A stretch of 28,761 nt of DNA, from positions 1 to 28,761 of IMG/VR virus record IMGVR_UViG_3300006737_000131; one strand, written 5' to 3'. Position 1 is the first letter of the stretch, and each line of letters begins with the position of its first letter. The notes beneath the pieces were generated by a model that worked only from the letters and a program-made list of their open reading frames with translations, searched no databases and was not told where the DNA came from. Below, piece by piece: positions 24,956-28,761 of the stretch. Source of the DNA: a virus. Lineage: Duplodnaviria > Caudoviricetes. A program made the position numbers and the translations under genes.

Positions 24956-25598
24956 TGTCTTGGGTACTCAGTTGTTGAATATTAAATGTTCTTGAACCTC
25001 CGGTATGGTCTAACCAAAAATATCCGCCTGCTGATGCTGTGGCTCCTGTACCTGTATAAGTAATTGTATTGTCAGAACCATCTATGTCCATGTAGTTGGT
25101 TGCTCCATCAATATTAATATTTGATGTCACTGTGTTGTTAGAACCTTGAATAATCCAATCTAAATTTAGATTTGTAGCTAACGCGCTTGTACCTTGATTT
25201 AAAGTAAACGTGTTTCCACTGCCTGTGACATCTACATTTTGGTCTGAGCCATCAGAACTATAAGTATTACTAGGGTCAACTTGAATAGTAAAACTATTTG
25301 TTCCACCATCAAACTCATAAAACCCTGTGAAATTGTCTGCCCAAATATCACCTAAAAATTTATTAGTTGCACCAATCATATTAATATCTAGTGTCATACT
25401 ATTTCCGTCTAAATCAAAAGCATTAACACTGCCAGCAGTTGAGTTTAACCCACCAATAATATTAGATATACCTAGTTGCTCTAGGTCTATATTTGCACCA
25501 GTACCAGACTGGTCTACATATATTTCGTTATCAGCCGCGTACATTGTCGATGCAGTCAGCATCACAATCAGGCTCATCAATTTTAGTTTCTTCATCAT
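24864..25598 (-). CDS. Secreted curlin-like (CsgA/CsgB-like) beta-solenoid protein
   Basis: Signal peptide MMKKLKLMSLIVMLTASTMYA; repeats NEIYVDQSG, NIDLEQLGISN, DVTGSGNTFTLNQG, IIQGSNNTV, DIDGSDNTI; Asn/Gly/Thr/Asp-rich; directly downstream of csgG. Confidence 0.65.
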   Translation of the reverse strand: MMKKLKLMSLIVMLTASTMYAADNEIYVDQSGTGANIDLEQLGISNIIGGLNSTAGSVNAFDLDGNSMTLDINMIGATNKFLGDIWADNFTGFYEFDGGTNSFTIQVDPSNTYSSDGSDQNVDVTGSGNTFTLNQGTSALATNLNLDWIIQGSNNTVTSNINIDGATNYMDIDGSDNTITYTGTGATASAGGYFWLDHTGGSRTFNIQQLSTQDNDWLKIISISGTSASTVCVIQNDQGTSTGC

Positions 25599-26436
25599 TT
25601 AATTCTACTCCTTGGTTATTATTTTGTAAAATCCAGAAACCTTTTTCATAACCATCATTTACGATTTCTAGCACACCTCCTTCTATAGCTTTCATTAAAG
25701 CTATGGTTGATGACTCATTTCTTGCGTTACCCATTTCTACTTCCACTAGCTCGGTTCCAGCCTCAATAAACTTAAATATGTCCTCAGATTTGCCGTAACT
25801 AAATATGGTCTTTTGACTTAATACTTCTAGTAAAACCTCGCCTGTAGCAACAGAAACCATACGTAAACTTACAGTTATGTTGTCTTCTCTGTATTGAACA
25901 CTTTTACCAACACCTAAATACCTAGCACCAGAACCACCACTTTCTAAGTTAGATTCATAAGAAATAACAGCTCCCTCAATTAAAATGCCAGCAAATAAAA
26001 GCGGTCTAAGAGCTTTGTTTTTTTCTTCTTCGTCTGTTGATTGTTCTCTAGCACTACGTATTAGCTGTCTTTCCTTGGTTAGGTTGTCTAGTCCTACTCG
26101 TTCAACTACCCTAAAAAATTGACCATTACCAGCGTGTTTCAAAGCTCTAATAAGTAAAGCGTTTGGTTGTTGTGTTATAGCTGTACTAAATAAAGCAAAT
26201 TCGCTGTTGCTTTTTCTTTGTCCTGTTTGGTCTGTAAAGGACGCAGGATAGACAGCAACTACAGGACTTATTTTTGGTATAGGCACATTTTTAAGCTCTG
26301 TAGATTGTAAGTCTTGAATATTTACAACATTATAAGCAGAAAACCTATGCTCATAAGTGTCTTCAAGTTGGTCAAATGTAGAACAACTAGAAAGTAAAAG
26401 TACCAATAGGTATAGTAATTTCGGTAACTGTGCCAT
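25531..26436 (-). CDS. csgG: Curli secretion channel CsgG/HfaB-family lipoprotein
   Basis: Lipobox LLLSSC; VAVY..FTDQTGQRK, FSTAITQ, FRVVERVGLDNLTKERQLIRS, LRPLLFAGILIEGAVISYESN, GARYLGVG, QYREDNITVSLRMVSVATGEVL. Confidence 0.92.
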   Translation of the reverse strand: MAQLPKLLYLLVLLLSSCSTFDQLEDTYEHRFSAYNVVNIQDLQSTELKNVPIPKISPVVAVYPASFTDQTGQRKSNSEFALFSTAITQQPNALLIRALKHAGNGQFFRVVERVGLDNLTKERQLIRSAREQSTDEEEKNKALRPLLFAGILIEGAVISYESNLESGGSGARYLGVGKSVQYREDNITVSLRMVSVATGEVLLEVLSQKTIFSYGKSEDIFKFIEAGTELVEVEMGNARNESSTIALMKAIEGGVLEIVNDGYEKGFWILQNNNQGVELNDEETKIDEPDCDADCIDNVRG

Positions 26437-26899
26437 CTGCTTCGGTTATTTTTAGGGTTAGTGTCACACCGTCGCTTGTGTACTCTATTGTATTACCTTC
26501 TAAAGTGATGGTGCCAGAGCTTTGTGGCGTTTCACCAAAAAGATTATTAACTAACTGTCTTGATAGCTCTGCATATACTCTTGATTCAAGGTTACGCATA
26601 AATCTTGCAAGTGTAGAGTTTTCTTTTTCTCTTTCTATCTCATCTTGTAAGGCTTTTATTTCTTCTTTAAGTGTAAGTTTACGAGTGTATTGTTGGTTTT
26701 CTATTGTAAGATAATGACTTGATGTTCCTATGCCATTAAAACTAGGAGACTTGAATTTATGTACTATTTGGTCAGCTGCTAAATTCATTCCAATTACAGT
26801 TAAAAACATGATAACTCCAATAAGAAACAGCCATGTTGCTATTTTAGTTTTTACTATTTCTTCTTGGATTTTTTCTTGTTTTGTCATTCTCTTTTTCAT
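26387..26899 (-). CDS. csgF: Curli assembly component CsgF-family protein
   Basis: Hydrophobic N-region, then ADQIVHKFKSPSFNG (CsgF-type F-x-x-P-x-F-x-G), LESRVYAELSRQL, C-terminal ITEADGTVTEITIP; directly upstream of csgG. Confidence 0.8.
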   Translation of the reverse strand: MKKRMTKQEKIQEEIVKTKIATWLFLIGVIMFLTVIGMNLAADQIVHKFKSPSFNGIGTSSHYLTIENQQYTRKLTLKEEIKALQDEIEREKENSTLARFMRNLESRVYAELSRQLVNNLFGETPQSSGTITLEGNTIEYTSDGVTLTLKITEADGTVTEITIPIGTFTF

Positions 26900-27119
26900 T
26901 TAACTCTAATACAGTGTTAACTTTCTGTTGTAATCGTATCATATCTTGGTCTAACAGGCGAAGTTGGTCAGTGAGTCTTATAATTGTTTTTTGCATTTCA
27001 CTTACAGCAGGTTCTACTGTTTTAGTTACTGTCACCCAAACATAATAAACAAAATATCCCAAGCCAATTACCATAACAGTAGCAAAACCAAACTTTTCAA
27101 TTAACGCCACTACATCCAT
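26844..27119 (-). CDS. Small single-TM + coiled-coil membrane protein
   Basis: 91 aa: LIEKFGFATVMVIGLGYFVYYVW, then a coiled coil containing DQDMIRL. Confidence 0.7.
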   Translation of the reverse strand: MDVVALIEKFGFATVMVIGLGYFVYYVWVTVTKTVEPAVSEMQKTIIRLTDQLRLLDQDMIRLQQKVNTVLELNEKENDKTRKNPRRNSKN

Positions 27120-27412
27120 TAGTCTCTTCTAGCGTCTATTTTTCCATCTTCTACAAAGTTTTCTGCTCTCGCAATTCTATCTAAGTCAGGTGCTAAATTT
27201 AAAGCACTAGAAACACTTGTATCAATACGTATCATATCGTTATTCATTATTGATGCTCTGGTAATAAGCATCTTAGCTATTCCTTCTACTGTTTTGATTT
27301 TGTTGACTAGACCAGTCATCATTTGTTTCATAATCAGGAATATAAAATATCCCATAATTAAACCGCTTGCTATTGGCAATCCGACCTTTTCAATAAGGTC
27401 AAAAGCGTCCAT
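27119..27412 (-). CDS. Small single-TM + coiled-coil membrane protein (paralogue of the neighbour)
   Basis: 97 aa: LIEKVGLPIASGLIMGYFIFLIM, then a coiled coil containing NNDMIRI. Confidence 0.7.
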   Translation of the reverse strand: MDAFDLIEKVGLPIASGLIMGYFIFLIMKQMMTGLVNKIKTVEGIAKMLITRASIMNNDMIRIDTSVSSALNLAPDLDRIARAENFVEDGKIDARRD

Positions 27413-27798
27413 TAGTTATCTTCGCCTTTAAATCCTTTTGATGAATTTGTTGTACCTGCATATAAACCAAACCAAGCAGCGCCAGCACCTACGACTATTG
27501 ATATAAGTCCTGATTGTTCAAAACTTGGCTCTGGTAAGGCCATAAACCATATTGTGCATTTGTAAAGAAGAACTATGTAAACAGTTAAAAACATTCTTGG
27601 AAATATTCTCCAAGAATCTACTGCTTTTGCTAAGTGAATCCATCTTTGGTGAGGATTAACTTTGTCATCTGCTTCTAAATCTCTAATTTTATCTTTGAGT
27701 TCTGATATTTCTTGAATCATAGCCATAAACTTATTTAAGTCCATTTCTACTTCATTTCTATCCATGTCGCCACCAAATCTGCCGCTACTATCGTTCAT
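27412..27798 (-). CDS. Two-TM membrane protein, holin candidate
   Basis: 128 aa: N-terminal coiled coil, then VDSWRIFPRMFLTVYIVLLY..WFMALPEPS..QSGLISIVVGAGAAWFGLY, charged C-tail. Confidence 0.55.
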   Translation of the reverse strand: MNDSSGRFGGDMDRNEVEMDLNKFMAMIQEISELKDKIRDLEADDKVNPHQRWIHLAKAVDSWRIFPRMFLTVYIVLLYKCTIWFMALPEPSFEQSGLISIVVGAGAAWFGLYAGTTNSSKGFKGEDN

Positions 27799-27980
27799 TA
27801 TATAAATCTCGCTAAAACTATACTAGCCACTATAAAAGGATAAACGGCCCAAAGCATATTTTCTAGTTTGTCAAATCTTTTTGAGCCATCCTCAAGACGC
27901 TTATCTATACTTCTGTATAAAGCTCTGCACTCTCTTTCGTGAGCTTCTATTTTGTTTAAAGCGTCTTTTACTGTAGCCAT
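27798..27980 (-). CDS. Small coiled-coil protein with C-terminal TM (XhlA/holin-associated-like)
   Basis: 60 aa: HERECRALYRSIDKRLEDGSKRFDKLE followed by MLWAVYPFIVASIVLARFI. Confidence 0.6.
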   Translation of the reverse strand: MATVKDALNKIEAHERECRALYRSIDKRLEDGSKRFDKLENMLWAVYPFIVASIVLARFI

Positions 27981-28135
27981 TATTTATCGTTTTTTACTCT
28001 TTTGGTTGTGTAAGCTTCATTAACATCTGGTGTTGATTTGTCATCTGCAACATAATGCCCTTTTTTATTTCTAGCTCTTACTTCAACTCTTTTTGTTCCA
28101 GTAACTTTGTCCCAAATATTACTTAACCAGCTCAC
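27980..28135 (-). CDS. Small hypothetical protein (51 aa)
   Basis: Below the ORF-track cutoff. GTG start in a GTGA overlap, TAATG overlap at the end: MSWLSNIWDKVTGTKRVEVRARNKKGHYVADDKSTPDVNEAYTTKRVKNDK. Confidence 0.65.
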   Translation of the reverse strand: MSWLSNIWDKVTGTKRVEVRARNKKGHYVADDKSTPDVNEAYTTKRVKNDK

Positions 28136-28293
28136 GATTTATCCTTAGCTTTTCCTATATTCAAAGCTAACATATCAATAAATTTGTATAATTTACCAAT
28201 CCAAACGTCGTCCTTTGGCGTTGGTGTACTAGCAGCTACTAAACTGCTTATTGTAACAATGGCTGTTACCCACATAATTATTTCTACAATCAT
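28132..28293 (-). CDS. Small membrane protein (53 aa), holin candidate
   Basis: Below the ORF-track cutoff. GGAGG SD at 28301-28305: MIVEIIMWVTAIVTISSLVAASTPTPKDDVWIGKLYKFIDMLALNIGKAKDKS; N-terminal TM plus amphipathic helix. Confidence 0.7.
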   Translation of the reverse strand: MIVEIIMWVTAIVTISSLVAASTPTPKDDVWIGKLYKFIDMLALNIGKAKDKS

Positions 28294-28505
28294 TTTTCAT
28301 CCTCCTTTGGATTATTGCTGGCACTATTTTGCAAACTATTAGCCAGTGTTTGTTCATAAGTTCGCAAACTTGGTACAAGTTCTTCAATTTCAAATTGATG
28401 TGCTTGTATTTTTTTTGTCAAGCTGTTGATATGAGCTTGCATATTCTGCTGTTCAATCGTTAATTCAATTTCTACAGGCTTTGTTTTTTTATTTTTCGTC
28501 GCCAT
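28290..28505 (-). CDS. Small coiled-coil hypothetical protein
   Basis: 71-aa ORF with GAGGT SD and an ATGA overlap downstream. Confidence 0.6.
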   Translation of the reverse strand: MATKNKKTKPVEIELTIEQQNMQAHINSLTKKIQAHQFEIEELVPSLRTYEQTLANSLQNSASNNPKEDEK

Positions 28506-28760
28506 TTAATTTACCTCGCTACTAGCATTTTCATTTATTATATCAAAACAATTAAGGTTTGACGCTATGGTTCGTCTTTCTCCTTCACCTTTGAAGGGAT
28601 AGACCATGTGTTGTAACCAAGAAGGGAAAATTAATAACTTTCCTACTTCTGGGGTCATAACAAATGATTGAGCTGGTTTTAATCTTTCACCGTCTATAAC
28701 TGATACTTGTCCGTATTGAAAAGCTATACAGCCGTCTGAGTGTCCGCTTTCATTATATAA
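28506..28760 (-). CDS. 2OG-Fe(II) oxygenase, C-terminal part (gene starts outside the window)
   Basis: Translated by hand: ...TPEVGKLLIFPSWLQHMVYPFKGEGERRTIASNLNCF..., with the distal His and 2OG-binding Arg pattern. Confidence 0.8.
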   Translation of the reverse strand, partial: LYNESGHSDGCIAFQYGQVSVIDGERLKPAQSFVMTPEVGKLLIFPSWLQHMVYPFKGEGERRTIASNLNCFDIINENASSEVN

Positions 28761-28761
28761 A

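Noticed and set aside
133-26714. All plus-strand ORFs in the track (e.g. 133-456, 1662-2105, 8502-8936, 18463-18849)
   Set aside because: Each lies antisense to a well-supported minus-strand gene and has no recognisable motif; they are shadow ORFs.

Overview
AT-rich window from a tailed dsDNA bacteriophage with a podovirus-type (P22/T7-like) head-tail gene set. It resembles uncultured marine phages, and the lipoprotein/spanin genes imply a Gram-negative host. All credible genes are on the minus strand and tightly packed, with frequent TAATG/ATGA junctions. In transcription order (right to left): 3' end of a 2OG-Fe(II) oxygenase; small membrane/holin-like genes; a csgF-csgG-curlin-like-FecR-CHASE2/class III nucleotide cyclase cassette; overlapping spanin-like pair; SNase-like nuclease; GH24 endolysin; terminase large subunit; portal; GroES-like co-chaperonin; scaffold; major capsid protein; a two-gene insert with its own sigma70-type promoter (hypothetical plus HAD nucleotidase); head accessory genes; four small very basic proteins; two adaptor-like genes; a glycosyltransferase-like gene; tail nozzle; probable ejection proteins. 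The most striking element is the curli-pore/FecR/cyclase cassette inside the lysis region, which looks like a phage-encoded trans-envelope sensing-to-cAMP relay. All family calls come from motif recognition by eye; no searches were run.
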